A stretch of DNA of 61,814 nucleotides from Hydrolagus affinis (Eukaryota). A model generated the notes under the pieces. That model did not search any database. It saw only the letters and a program-made list of their open reading frames with translations, and was not told the origin of the DNA. Positions within the stretch are counted from its first letter, which is position 1. The number at the start of each line of letters is the position of its first letter. Shown piece after piece: positions 1 through 12,829 of this stretch. The translations under genes and the position numbers were made by a program. The stretch lies in assembly GCA_012026655.1 (NCBI GenBank), contig JAAILG010001785.1, positions 1-61,814 of the forward strand, given 5' to 3'.

Positions 1-256
1 AGGAGAAATTTTTTCACTCAGCGAGTTGTTCGAATCTGGAATGCATTGCCTGAAAAGGTGGTGGAGGCTGATTCGATAACAACTTTTAAAAGGGAATTAG
101 ATCTTTATTTAGGGAGAACAGGTCTATTAGGCTATGGGGAGCGGGCAGGGCAGTGGGATTGAATCGCTCTTATCAAAGAGCCGGCACAGACTAGATGGGC
201 CGAATGGCCTCCTTTTGTGCCGTAAAATTCTATGATTCTATGATTCTATGATTCTA
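1..256 (+). mobile_element. CR1 LINE 3' end (ORF2 C-terminus, 3' UTR, (ATTCTATG)n tail)
   Basis: Frame 1 reads RRNFFTQRVVRIWNALPEKVVEADSITTFKRELDLYL...GQWD*, typical of a CR1 ORF2 C-terminus; followed by GATGGGCCGAATGGCCT and the octamer tail at ~227-256. Confidence 0.9.
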
Positions 257-471
257 TTATTACAGTATTATTGCTCTACTTTCTCCATGGCATTTAACAT
301 CTCCCTCTATAATGCCTCCAATTGAGAAGAGACCTCTTTTTGAAGCTGAAGTTCCTTAGGTAATCAAACTCATTCCTGTTAATGCTGAGGATAAGCCCTG
401 TTGCTCATTTTTGCTGCCTCTGTGATCTTGGTAACTCATTTCCAGGCCACTATACAATTTGAGCACAACTT

Positions 472-650
472 AATAATAATAACATTAATAATAATCCTTG
501 CACTTGATATAACACCTTATCATGTTATTGAGACGTCTCAAAGTGTTTCACAGTATAGACTCTATGGTGGACGGACTGTTATTTATTTGACGGAACGCGG
601 CAGCCAATTGCGTAGATGAGTTCCCCGCAAACAGTCGTAGATCGAGTGAC
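472..650 (-). mobile_element. tRNA-derived Deu-core SINE, 3' portion
   Basis: (TAA)n tail, ATCCTTGCACTTGATATA and GCAGCCAATTGCG core, matching the many other copies in this window. Confidence 0.8.
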
Positions 651-1834
651 CCAATGGTGCCTGGAAACGGCAGCTGCCTCGGGAAATGGGATTTGCCCGT
701 TGAGAATTGTGCAAAGAGTGGTTTGCGAGCTGGCAGTCAGGTTTGACACAACAGACCCACACTCGGAAGAATATTTATGTCCCAACTTGTGTAAAACACT
801 GCACATTACATCAAAGGAGGTTTCATTCTGGCGTCTCACTGACGCATGGCATTTCTTCAAGGTTACCATAAATGTTGTGTCGGGATCCATTAAACCACAT
901 CCAAACCCAATAAACAGCCTCAGACTTCTGAGGTCAATGTCTCTGTGTGCAGGGTCCAGTCTGTTCTCTGGTGGTTGACTTCCTGGAATCGAATGATCTG
1001 TGTGTTGCACCAACTCTGCGGTTTCTGGTTTACTGACAGTCAGCCACTCTCTCGCCTGCTCACATTTTTTTCCCGCTCCATTCATTCCCCTTGAGACATC
1101 TGTGCCAGCAGAGGTGTGGAGGGCTGCCAGCACTGCTGAGAAAGTATTAATGAGCTTGGGAGATTTTACCACTGTCACCGTGTGTGTGTGTATTTCTTGT
1201 TGTTGGGAGTATGGCGTTTCGCCCACAAATATACAGTCAATTCACTTTACAGTACATTCTGTAGAAACGCTTTGAGACGTCGATAAGCGCTATATCAAAC
1301 GCAAGGATTATTATTAGTATTATTATTATTATTATGGTAGTGTACAGTAATTCTAAATCACTTGTCTTATCGCATGAATGAGCATCAGCACTGCGCTGTA
1401 CTGTGACAGCCTCGAGCAGTTTGCTGTCCTCTGATTAATGCCTTGTGAGCAACAAGGGAAGAGCTGAGCCTCTCCTCTCCTGTCCTCTCCTCACTCACTG
1501 ATCCACACTGGGACCGACTGCAACCGCCCTCCTGCTTTGTAGGCATAATTGTCTGACGCAGTAAATATGCAGCGTCAGTATTTTAACCTGACACTGTACA
1601 ATTGAGAGAGGCAGACAATTGAGTAATCAAGTTTAATTTGTCTATATCACGAAACAGAACTCAACTTTTGCGTTGTGTGGTGGGGGCAGTGCTGGTTGTC
1701 TGACATCAGTGTCAACTGAAAAATATTAACAATAATGAGAATCCTTACGTTTGATGCGGTTCCTTTTGGATTGAGCGTTTCTCAGCGCTTCACATGATTT
1801 CACTGTTGAGTGCTTTGTAGTTTTGTAGGTGTAG

Positions 1835-2032
1835 ACGAGTTTCCTTACTCCACACGCCTAATAATAATTCGGTCACTCAATCCACCACTTGTTTGCACAA
1901 TTGGCTGCCACGTTTTGCCCACAACTATACAGTTAATTCACTTTACAGTACAGTCTGTGAAGCGCTTTGAGACGTCTAGAAGACATGAAAAGCACTATAT
2001 CAAATGCAGGATTATTATTATTATTATTATTA
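1835..2032 (+). mobile_element. SINE, 5'-truncated copy
   Basis: GTTTCCTTACTCCAC...CAATTGGCTGCC...AAGCGCTTTGAGACGTC...(ATT)n. Confidence 0.8.
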
Positions 2033-2964
2033 AGTTCGGCACGTCTGACAATGTAGCACCTCCCCCAGGGCTGTATGGGAGTGAACCTGGACTGTCAAAG
2101 TCCAACGGTCAAAGTCCCGATGTGGGGGTCGAACAAACAGCCTTCTGACTTGGAGGCGGGAGTGTTAGCAACTGCTTTGTTGGATAATTCAATGGATGTC
2201 AGCATTTTAAGATGATTTGAACTACCGATTGTTGACATCCCATAAATTGAGAGTGAGTGAGTCAGTGTATTCAATCCTTGGAAACGAACAAACAAACGGT
2301 CCAAGTAACTTTATCACGCTGCGTTTTAAACAAAAGGGATTCGCAAGTTAATGTCCTACGCTTCTTGAAGTTATTCTGAAGCAGTCACTGTCCAGCGCCT
2401 TGGGACATCCTCTTGACGTGAAAGGCGCTATACAAATGTAATTTTGTTGTTGTATTCATTTCCCTTCGATTTAACAATAATTAAAATGCCATCTTGCAAA
2501 ATGCAGCAGTTTAAAAGTTTCAAGTGGTGGGATTGTTTCAGTTCAATGCTTGAGAGCATGAAATTGAAGTTGAAGTGCAATGTGGCAAGTGGCTAACTGA
2601 GAAGTCCCGTTGGATTCATGTTCTACCAACTGCACTTCCCTGCGTCATAAATTTAGGTGCTCCTGTTTCTCCTGCCTGCCTGAATGTGAATTTGGAAAAC
2701 TGGCTTCCAAATTGAGACTGGATTCACGTCTCCAATATTTAAAAAAATTGTGCGTGATCTTAAATCTTAAGACGATGGTTTTAGGATTCAGACAGCAAAG
2801 AGTTTCAGGTCATTGAATTTTACAGTAGAAGTCAATGGAGTGAGAGTTTGGCTGACTTCATTTCACACTAGGCCAGTGGATTTAAGTCTAGTTACAGGTT
2901 TTGTTTACCAAAGTCAAGAGTGAAATTGGAAACCAACGCTCTCATAAATAAAGTAATCTAGAAT

Positions 2965-3249
2965 CAGCGGTTCTTAACCAGAGGTACATGTAATTACTTC
3001 CAGGGGGTACAGGTAGCGGTACATTGATTTATTTAGCTCTCTTATTTAGCATTTTATAGCCTTCCAATTGTACATTTAATTGTTATTCCCCTCGTTTTGT
3101 ATGTGCTAGTTATTTTGTTATATAAGAAAAACTTATAAAATGCAAGTGGAATGAGGGGGGTGGTGTGTGTGCATATGTGGTTGGTTTTCAACATGATACT
3201 GTTGAAAATTAACAAGGGGTACATTACTGAAAAGGGTTGAGAACCACTG
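2965..3249. mobile_element. Non-autonomous hAT-Charlie-like DNA transposon
   Basis: TIRs CAGCGGTTCTTAACC / GGTTGAGAACCACTG; both flanks carry NTCTAGAN-like target sites (ATCTAGAA, GTCTAGAT). Confidence 0.8.
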
Positions 3250-3369
3250 GTCTAGATGTTGCCTCAAAGAGCTGCACAGAATTCAGTGTAATGGGTAGTG
3301 ACTGTATCTTTGTAGCCAATTTGTACACAGCCACAAACAGCCACAAATTGAACAATCAATTCTCTTCAA

Positions 3370-3540
3370 CACAAACAGAAGTTGCTGGGAGCACTCAGCA
3401 GGTCAGGGCAGCATCTGTGGAGAAAGGAAAAGTGAGTCAACGTTTCGGGTCAACAGTCCTTCATCAGAACTGGTTCAAACTTGTGGACCCGAAACTGGTT
3501 CAAACTTGTGTTTCAGATTTCCAGCATCTGCAGTATTTTG
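3370..3540 (-). mobile_element. Penelope-like pseudo-LTR relic with a degenerate minimal hammerhead core
   Basis: Shark-type repeat text (CTCAGCAGGTCAGGGCAGCATCTGTGGAG...TTTCCAGCATCTGCAG); minus strand reads AGTT-CTGATGA-AGGACTGTTGACCC-GAAA-CGTT-GACT. Confidence 0.6.
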
Positions 3541-3738
3541 AGTCATTAAAAAGAAAATTCTTCTATTTACTCAAGGAAATGCATCTGACTGTTCAGTACA
3601 CCGCAGGCTTTGGGAAAGGAAGAAAGCGGCCAAAATGTTTTTTGATGTTGCTGTTTTTGTATGTAATTATCTTGTGAAGTGGAACAATAACAGGTTGTGT
3701 TCTTCTCTTCCCTTCTTTCCTCTGTTTTCCATCCGCAG

Positions 3739-3885
3739 TTTATGATTAAGAATCCCAACAAACGCTTAGGATGCGTCATAGCGCACGGTGGGGAACAAGC
3801 CATTCAGATCCACCCGTTCTTTGACAGTATTGACTGGGACTTACTTGAACAGAGGAAAATCAAGCCGCCTTTCCAACCCAGGATT
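3739..3885 (+). CDS. PRKCH: Novel PKC (eta by synteny, epsilon-like sequence), penultimate coding exon
   Basis: CAG|...|GTAAG boundaries, 147 nt; [49 protein letters not shown] is the kinase domain end and AGC tail start. Family certain, paralog assignment from adjacency to HIF1A. Confidence 0.85.
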
Positions 3886-3928
3886 GTAAGTTTTGTCTTT
3901 TTTTCTACGTGTCAAAAAGATATATATA

Positions 3929-4149
3929 CAGGAAAAGACCGTTTATCCGGCACCCGATCAACCGCAACTTCCGTTTAACCGGCATCGCCCCCAAAAAAAG
4001 TCCGCATTCGATTAACCGGAATTTATCCGGAAAAACGCCTTGAAATTTTTTTAAAAACATTTTTTTTGCCTTTTCGGATGAATATCCGGCACACGCTTTA
4101 ACCGGCATTGGCCAGGTCCCGAGGGTGCCGGATAAATGGGCTTTTACTG
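3929..4149. mobile_element. Tc1/mariner (pogo/Tigger-like) MITE
   Basis: ~26-bp TIRs CAGGAAAAGACCGTTTATCCGGCACC / GGTGCCGGATAAATGGGCTTTTACTG in TA-rich flanks; further copies at 39291, 40876 and 41108. Confidence 0.85.
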
Positions 4150-4899
4150 TGTATATATATAAATATTTTAAAAATTGAAACAGCGGAATCCTTCACAACT
4201 ACCTTAAAGCAATCTCAGAATTCCGAGCAACAATCAAGTATTGTTCTCTTTCGATCCACCTCTGATTTGTAGACCTCTTACTGCTTCACTCAGAGTGTTT
4301 GCTTTTTTTTCCCCAAGGATAATTTATTAGTTTATTTTGGTGGTTTGAAATCTTATGGCGGATTTTATCTGAATGAGTCGCTGGGATATATTGTGCACTA
4401 AAACCAGCAAATGGAATTTCCCCTTGTAAAGATGTGATGGAAAGATTATTATTGATGGAGAAGAGGCTTACGTTACTAACACTGAGCCTCGGCTCATGGC
4501 TGTCGGGACCTGTTCATAATAAATTTAAGAAACAGTAAATAATAAATGGGTCACTCAATCCGCGACTGTTTGCAGAACACTGCAGTGCGCAATTGGCTGG
4601 CGTGTTTGGCCTACAAAATATACAGTCAATTCACTTTACTCTGAAGGGCTTTGAGGCATCTCAAAGACATGATAAGGCGATATATCAAATGCAAGGATTA
4701 TAGGATTCTTCTTCTGTATGTGTTCAATAAAGCCCGACTTGTTCTGTAATAGGTGTGGGAGGTTAGAAGGATTAACAGAAAGATAATAATATGGGAGGCA
4801 TATGGTTTCATGAGTAAGATAAGTTAGTTTGTTTATTCACACCAAGGTTGGGAGTGAAGAGGTAAAAGTACTTTGAACTTAGGGTTAGTGTTAGGGTGA

Positions 4900-5245
4900 A
4901 TAATAATAATAATAATCATAATACTGTAATAATAATAATAATCGTTGCATTTGATATAGCGCTTTTCAGATCTTCTCGACGTCTCAAAGCGCTTCACAGA
5001 ATATACTGTAAAGTGAATTGACTGTATATTGTGGGCGAAACATGGCAGCCAATTGCGCACAGCAGTGTCCCACAAACAGTCATGGATTGAAATGACCAAT
5101 TTTATTATAGTTTTTTTCGAGGGATTATTCTTAGGCGTGTGGAGTAAGGAAATGTGGCCAAGGTTGCACCCTGACCTTCCTGAAATCAAACACAGGTCTC
5201 TCACTTGCAAGGCGAGTGCTCGAACCACTGAACCACAGACCTCCT
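4900..5245 (-). mobile_element. Full-length tRNA-derived Deu-core SINE
   Basis: tRNA-like head with A/B boxes, GGGACACTGCTGTGCGCAATTGGCTGCC core, L2-like tail and (ATT)n on the minus strand. Confidence 0.88.
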
Positions 5246-5445
5246 CGCTAAGGTTAAATTCCCGTGGAAATGCACATAGTGTAGGTTTCATAGCGAAGCC
5301 TGCTTATCTTCCACTGCCTGACACAGATTGTGAACTCTGTTTGCATGGTTTACAATAAGTTGCTGTGGAAACTAATGTGATAGCAGGCTGACTTCTGACC
5401 AGGAAGGAAGTATTGTCCATCCCATTTCTTATTTGCTGTGGAAAG

Positions 5446-5484
5446 CAATATGGCACCACATACGGGGTATGTGGTGCCATATTG
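5446..5484. repeat. Perfect 18-bp inverted repeat with 3-nt loop
   Basis: CAATATGGCACCACATAC-GGG-GTATGTGGTGCCATATTG. Confidence 0.95.
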
Positions 5485-5698
5485 GAGTCCTGCTGCTCAG
5501 TGTTTAGAGCACTCGGTATACACGAATAAGACCTGTGTTCGAATCCAGCCAGGTCAGGGTGAAACCTTGGGCAAGTTTCCTTACTCCGCACGCCCAATAA
5601 TAGTAAGGACATTTGCTCAATGTCTCGCCCTGCCCGGGATTCAAACCCAGGTCCCTCGCTTGCGAGGAGAGCACTCTAACCACTGAGATACAGGACTG
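5484..5698. mobile_element. Two SINE 5' halves fused in inverted orientation
   Basis: Plus-strand head GGAGTCCTGCTGCTCAGTG...TTCCTTACTCC, then a reverse-complement head ...CTCTAACCACTGAGATACAGGACT. Confidence 0.8.
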
Positions 5699-5854
5699 CA
5701 CGAGGAAGTCAGGCATAAAAGTAGATTTGTAAGTGGAGAGGACCACAGTCTTTCTTTTTGGATCTTTCCACTCGTTTAAAGGCAGCTCCGCTCAGCGCAG
5801 CATGATAACTAAGAACGATGGCGTCTAATCTGTCTTGTATTTCTCTCCTGTCAG

Positions 5855-5989
5855 AAAACGAGCAGAGACGTAAATAACTTTGATCGAGACTTCACCACGG
5901 AGAAGCCAGTACTGACGCCGATTGATGAGTCCCTGGTCCTTATGATAAATCAGGATGAATTTAAAGGATTTTCGTTTGTTGCTGAATGA
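5855..5989 (+). CDS. PRKCH: Novel PKC terminal coding exon (turn motif and hydrophobic motif)
   Basis: Pyrimidine tract and CAG acceptor; [44 protein letters not shown], in frame with the preceding exon. Confidence 0.85.
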   Translation, partial: KTSRDVNNFDRDFTTEKPVLTPIDESLVLMINQDEFKGFSFVAE

Positions 5990-8412
5990 GTGCTCGGCTG
6001 AGTTACGGACCTCTCTAAATCCTTCAGCGAGTGGGAACAATTCCAAACTGGTTCAAGTCGCAATCCTATTAGAATCCACCTGAAACAAACTGAATGACTC
6101 TGTCTCTCTCTCGCTCTCAGGGTGACGATGTTTTAAGCCACAGTGTAGAAATTGTACGATAGTGTGTAAAGTCGCTGAACTGGGAAACTGGCAAGACATT
6201 TATAGCCTACGTACAGTCACTCTTCCTTGCTTCTTTTGTGCGAGTAAAAAGTAAAGGGGTGTCACCTTTCATGTTGTTCGTTGTGTGTCCGTTGTCTCAT
6301 CACTGGAGTTTTATCTCGGAGTCAGAACTGAAAGCTGTTGTGAGGCTGCCGTTTACAATTAAGTATTGTTTCCTAAGGTCATTATTAAATTATATGTTTG
6401 TTCTGTAGACTATATACTGTACCAGGGTACTTGTCAATTTCTGCATTAGAAACCCGAGTAGGGATTTGTGCATGTCCTAGAATTGACTTATTTTCCTGAC
6501 GATAGGCTGCCTTCAGAAACTTGCAAGTTCATTTCCTCTGTGCGTCTGGTGGAATTCATTAACCTGCTCTCGTCTTGCGTTGTGGTTTGCCGAGTGCTTG
6601 AAGCAAAATTGTAATGCATCACAGAGAAATGTAGCTGTGGCATGTGTTTTTTCGTGTGCATATAAGTTGCAGATGTTGGCAAATTTTGTATTGTATAAAA
6701 AAAACAAAAAAAAACAGACTTTTGTTTTTGTCTCCTGATATCTGTGAGTCACTAGCAAAGCAAGATAATAATAATAGTAATCCTTGCGTTTGATATAGCA
6801 CGTTTCAAATCTTCTGGAATATACTGTGAAGTGAATTGACTATATATTTGTGGGCGAAACGGGCATCCAGCAGTCGTGGATTGAAACGACAATTTTTTGG
6901 GGAGTGAAGTGATTATTATTGTTTGCCGTGCATGTACAGAGGATACAACTTACAACAACAACAACTTGCATTTTTGTAGTGCCCTACATGTAGGATAGCA
7001 TCCCAAAGTGCTTGAATCACTAGGAGTACCTTATTACTACAGTCATTGATACAGGAGCCTGCTCCTGCAAACAGTCATATCTTCATTATGGACATGGTGT
7101 CTTAGATCACTGATGATTTGGGGTAAAAGCTACCTGACATTGAGTGAACAGCTCAAACTGTGGTTTCTCATGCAAACGAACACCACTGAAGAGCGATCAG
7201 ATGATAGATAGCCTTTGATTTGTTTCACACATTTTAGTTTCAAAAGCACAAAAAGCCTGCCTTCAAAACGAGGAGCCATTGGAGCGTTGGCAGCTATCAC
7301 TGGAATGACCTCAATCAACACAAACCTGGTCCTGTAGAATCATCAGTTAGTTGGGAATACAGAGGATTTCTTCTTGCGCCTCGGTCTTGATTTATTTTCT
7401 TTCCATTCCTGCTTAGTCCTGCGGTTCAGTTTCGCTGGGACAACTGGGCAGTCCATTCATCTCTCCCCCATTCTTGATCTGTCTGGGTATTCAAACATGG
7501 GACATTGAGGTCCTCACTGGCTCCATTTCACCCTGAGCAGTGACTTTGCAAACTTAACCAACAGTGGGGATTTCGAACAACGAGTTGATGGTGTGGGCAC
7601 TGTGTATGTTGTGTCCCTGTGTATTTTTGTTTATCCAAGTTCTGTCTGCGCATGCAAGGCAGCAAAAAAAGGCTTTCATTGTTTTTTACAGGAATAAATC
7701 GAGCTAATATTCATTCGGCCAAGAAAACGTAGGGAGTGTCAACGGTGTGTTGATTCCTGTGAGAAAGAAGGTGATGATTACAACATCACAAAGGCTTTTT
7801 TTTATAAAATGGATTTCAAATAGCATGCTTACTGTGTTGGGTTTCCGAGACTGAAAGGGATAAGCATAAAGCGAATTAAGTTACCATCACATTGGTAATT
7901 ATGGAAAAATGTCAAGTCATTGTTTGGAAACACAAAGGCTGAGTGAGGCATGGCTATTTTATGATGAGATTTTTACTGCAGTGAAACGTTTCAATAAGTT
8001 GGGGGTTTCAACCAACAGTGAAACCGCAACTAAAGTAATAGTAGAATTTTTCGCCCACAAATATACAGTCAATTCACTTCACAGTATATTCTACAAGATT
8101 TGAAAAGTGCCTTATCAATAGTATAAGTTTAGAACTGTGTGCTGCATATCACATATTATAGTTTGAATAATGTTCAAAAGATATTTATACAGATTTACTC
8201 TTTGTATATTATAAAATGTCATTTCAACCAAGAAACCTATAATTTGCCCTTTTTTTAATAGACGGCTACTGTTGTTAATTATACAACAGTTGCTTGAACT
8301 GTGGTTAACAATGTGATCAGGAATATGGGCTGGACTTAATTTCATTAAGGTCTTACTGCAAAAGTGGTTACACATGGAGAGGTTGAGTGACGTGAAGTCA
8401 AGGACATTCTAA

Positions 8413-8418
8413 AATAAA
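8413..8418 (+). terminator. Candidate poly(A) signal of the PKC gene (alternative AATAAA at 7693-7698)
   Basis: AATAAA at the end of an AU-rich UTR-like tract; usage unverified. Confidence 0.35.
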
Positions 8419-10126
8419 ACCTCTTAAAGAAAATCAATTCATGGAAAAGCCACTCCAGAATAGTCAGTCATTCCCACATGTCCACAGTTCAAACCTTGGC
8501 TCTTTATGGCTCCTTCCCCCACTCTCTTGGCCCAGCAGCGAAGGAAGCATTTTTTCCTGTGTAGATCTATACATTCGTATCTGTACATCTGCACTTGGTG
8601 CTATATCTTCCAATACATTCCTGCAACAAATAACTTATTGAGTTCATAATTGAAGTCAGTCTGTTGATGGAGCACCAGCTTGTTTTATTTAGAATCCTTT
8701 CGATAAACCTGTTGCTCTGAGAGAAAGAGAGAGAGAAATAAACAGTACTTTCCATCTCTGGTCCAACTTGAGTCTTTTTAAATTTCAGGTTTCCTCACAG
8801 ATTGTTAAATAGTCCGTTAATCCGGTACAGATCAGCACACCAAGCTTTTCTATTTGTCTCGGCTGCATTTGAATATGCTTACTGAGGCCGAAGCGAGCTT
8901 GCCACAGTAAGTGTTAGTTTCCCATTAATAATTTAGCGTATTCAATCCAACTTAATTGTTTTCAAAATGTCATCTCTCCTGAAGGAGTACAGTTTCAATG
9001 GGTTGTGGAAGCCTCCTGGTGTCAATTAGCCAGCCTTCAAAGGTGAGCCAAGTCAATGAACATGTTTATAGTATGTCTACAACACGCTTCCCTCCGTCCG
9101 AAAGTACTTTCTCCTCCTGAAAATACAATTACAGTTCAGTCATTGTGTCAACATATATTTTGAGGGGCGATTGCTTGCCATAAGATACATTCACCACACT
9201 CTTCAGTAAATCCTGTGACGTGGTTTGAGAAGTCCTCAAGGCGCTGAATCAAATGTCGGGATTATTTCAATTGGAAAGCTGTTGAAGAATTCAGGGGAAA
9301 ACGGAATGACTGATAGAATTACTGTATGGTGGATTCCTTTTTTTAATGCCTTTTTTTTGTTGCATTTTTGACTTCACCAATGGACTGCAATGGTCTTTTT
9401 CCTTTTAAACCACAAGAATAGTTGTTGATTTGTTTACAAAAGCGGTAACAGCCTTGCCAGACAACCCTAGACGATTGTTAGGGTACATATTGGCACATTT
9501 TTAAAATAAGCTTGTGGATGTGGTAGTGGAACTCAATCTGCCTGAAAGGGATTAATAGTGTTCAGAAATTCACTGGAGAATATTAGGTAGAAAAAAACCC
9601 TTAGCCTAATTGTAAGGGCTTAGATCAGATGTCGCTAGATTTCAATCACTGAAGGGATAGGATGTCCAATGACTCATAGTAGTCATGTCTGTCCTTAATT
9701 TACTGTGCGATATTGAATAATTTAATATGTAGTGATATGAAATAGCAGGAGTTTGTTGTCCTCTGTTGAACTTTGGCCTTGTTTCGCCGTAGATTTGTGG
9801 TTTCAAATTTCTCCCGTTGCGAGATTTAAAATGTTTTTGTTTGTTTCACAATTTGTACAATTCTCAGTGGGTTAATGAGGGGTTAAATGCGAAATTCTTC
9901 CCAACAATCCACAGATGTGGTAAAAGTGAACTTTCATCCTTGGCGCTGTGCAATCGGACAGATGCACCATTGTTTCTTATGGGAAAAAAATCAAAGAGCT
10001 TCAGTACTGTATTAGATCGCTGCACTTGTTAAAGTTGTGAGATGATAAGCCATTTAGTTGTGTTCAACAAGTAATCTGCATGTTAATGGTGACTTGATAA
10101 TTATGTGAGGGTTGCTGCGCTATTGT

Positions 10127-10178
10127 TAGAATCGAAGAATCATACAATCCTGTAGCATAAAAGAAGGCCATTCGGCAC
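10127..10178 (-). mobile_element. CR1 3' tail fragment
   Basis: TAGAATC repeats plus GAAGGCCATTCGGC (reverse complement of the CR1 3' end). Confidence 0.65.
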
Positions 10179-10181
10179 ATA

Positions 10182-10527
10182 AATAATAATAATAATAATA
10201 ATAATCCTTGCATTTGATATAGCGCTTTCCACATCTTATCAACGTCCCAAAGCGCTTCACAGAATATACTGAAAGTGAATTGACTGTATATATTTGTGGG
10301 CGAATCGCAGCAGCCAATTGCGCACAGCAGCGTCCCACAAACAGTCGTGGATTGAAATGACCAATTTTATTATTGTGGTATTTTTTTGGAGGGATTATTA
10401 GGCGTGTGGAGTACGGAAACTTGCCCAAGGTTTCACCCTGACCTGCCTGGATTCGAACACAGGTCTCCCTAGCTTGGTCTCCCCAACTTGCAAGACAAGT
10501 GCTCTAAACATTGAGCCACAGGAGCTC
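10182..10527 (-). mobile_element. Full-length SINE
   Basis: Complete tail, core and head; B-box on the minus strand (GGATTCGAAC on plus). Confidence 0.88.
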
Positions 10528-12829
10528 TTTTGGAAGAGCTATCCAACTGGTCCCATTCCCCCGCTCCTTCCCCTTGGCCTCACGCAAGACAATGTATTTT
10601 CTGTTATGTCATCTACATGAAGTGTGCAACACTCATGGCAAACGGGGACAGAGACAGTTGATGATTGCGTGACACATTTATTGTATTTCAGTAAATTACA
10701 ACCCTCAAGGCAAGGGAGTGGAGATGAAAATGAGGAAATGCTGCTCGACTGAAAAATCAATATCCCGCTGGTTTTCCCCAACGGCTTAAAAATGATCAAA
10801 CAATAAAGAGAGTGTGTCAACATGTACTGGCTGCTTTGAATGTAGCCTTGTTCTTTCATACATTGGGGACAGCTTGTTCAAATGGAACTCAAACACATGT
10901 ACAAATGTGCATTTCAATGCTTAAGACAAGGAAGTTGGCATTCTTTGCCAAAAATCTGGTTCCCGAAACCATTGGCATGGATCTAATTAGGGAATTTCAT
11001 TCCACCAAATTACAAACACAGAACGTATGAGGAGCTCACGATAGTGTAACATGCACCCCCAGCTGACGTTTGGTTTGAGGACAATGTGGGGAAGGAAGTT
11101 GGCAATATATCACATTTGTCTGGGCAAAAGTAAACTGTGTGGAATAGGAGATCTTTTCAGTAGTATTTCAGTATTTCATTAGTAGTCCAGGTGGATTTTT
11201 CACATCACTTTGCAAGGATCATTATTATTATTATTATTATTACGTGAATTCCCCAATGTGTCTCCTATTCTTATACAGTACACATAAAAAGGGCATTCCA
11301 GTCTTATGGCAATCGAGATTAGGCAGTCTCAATTTAGCACCTTTAGAAATTGGTGCTATTGCTAGTGCTAATGCAGAAGCTAATGCAGTAGGGAAAGTCT
11401 CAAATGGGTTTGAGGCAAGGGAGCTTTGCTTTACACCTGACCTACTCTGCAAGAATACTGTATCTTGAATTTGGATCTGATGTCTCAACAACAAGCAACT
11501 GATGCTTTGTCAATTAACAAAAAAATTAAAATAAATAATAAGCAATTGCTTGAATACAGTATTTAAAAGATGTAATGCATCTTGAGTAAATATACTCAAT
11601 AATTCTGTCCTACCTCCCTCCCACACCCCACCATAAACAAATGGTCATCAGGAGGGGGAAGTGGTGAGGACACAATATGCAAGGTTACTGTGGTAGATAT
11701 TCTTGTTGGGAGATAAAGGTATGAATGAGATTTTTGGTAGTGGTTTTGTGTCGGTTGGAGACTGAACTGGGGAATCACATTTAATGTTAAGAAAAGTGTA
11801 CTTGTCCAATCTATCGGAAGGGAATACTGTAACAACAACAACTGAATGTATATAGTGCCCTCCACGCCAAACGGCATCTCAGAGCGCTTCCCAATATACT
11901 CACTATACTCACAAGGAAATGTCATTATTAGCTTTTAATAATACTTGGAATCTTTTCCTGTAACAAGCAAATAAGATATTAAGTGGGACCATCAGATATG
12001 GTTTGCCTCATCTACAATACACAGCTTGTTATATTGCAGCAATAAAAGGTGAAGAGATTTTGGCTGAATCAACAAGAGGGTTTCAACAGTGTCCTCGTCT
12101 AATTGCTGAGATGATTGCACAGTGGTAACAACTGTTTGGTTCGCAAGTGAGACTGCACTGGACCAGACTAAACTAGTACAGAGTGGTTTTTTTTTAATGA
12201 TCCTCAACAAACCAGTTAGCAGATAAAAAGGTCAGTTCTTTATACTGCGGTGAGTAAAATGCTAGGAACGTTGACAAACTGGTTTGAAATTCTGTTGTCT
12301 CTCCCTCCAGCATCTTCTTGGGAGTAGGGCAGCGGCCCTGCTTGAGAAATTGATGTCAAACAGCAAAGTTTAGACATAACATCACTTTGGCATAACCGTA
12401 ATGCAAAGGCAGGGTGATTGTTGACTCCTGTTGATGTTTGGGGTAGAGCTGAGATTTATATAGAGAAATGAAACGTTCGTTCATGTTAAGCGTACATTGT
12501 TTATTAGGCCATTTTTCTAGCCTTTGCCTGACTTGCAAATCAGGAGATTTGCATCATGTTGATTTAGATGGTACTAAAAATACTTGTCAGTTTAGTTCTT
12601 TTTTGCCTTGTCATTCATGCCTTGACCACTCTTCTCTTCATTTCCTGTAAAGGAGTTTGCGCAAGGGACTTCCTCGCAATCTATTTATAACCAGCCTTAG
12701 CAAACTTGTATGAAGATGGATAGGAGTAGTGTGCCTTTGAGTAATTTCCTACTTGACAGCTAGTCTTACATAAGAACTTCTCAACAACTACTGGTGTAGA
12801 TGACTGCATCAATGCAGAAAGTGCATTGA

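Noticed and set aside
579-1275. Overlapping ORFs of 215, 120 and 91 aa
   Set aside because: They begin or end in SINE sequence inside a PKC intron and show no recognisable domain
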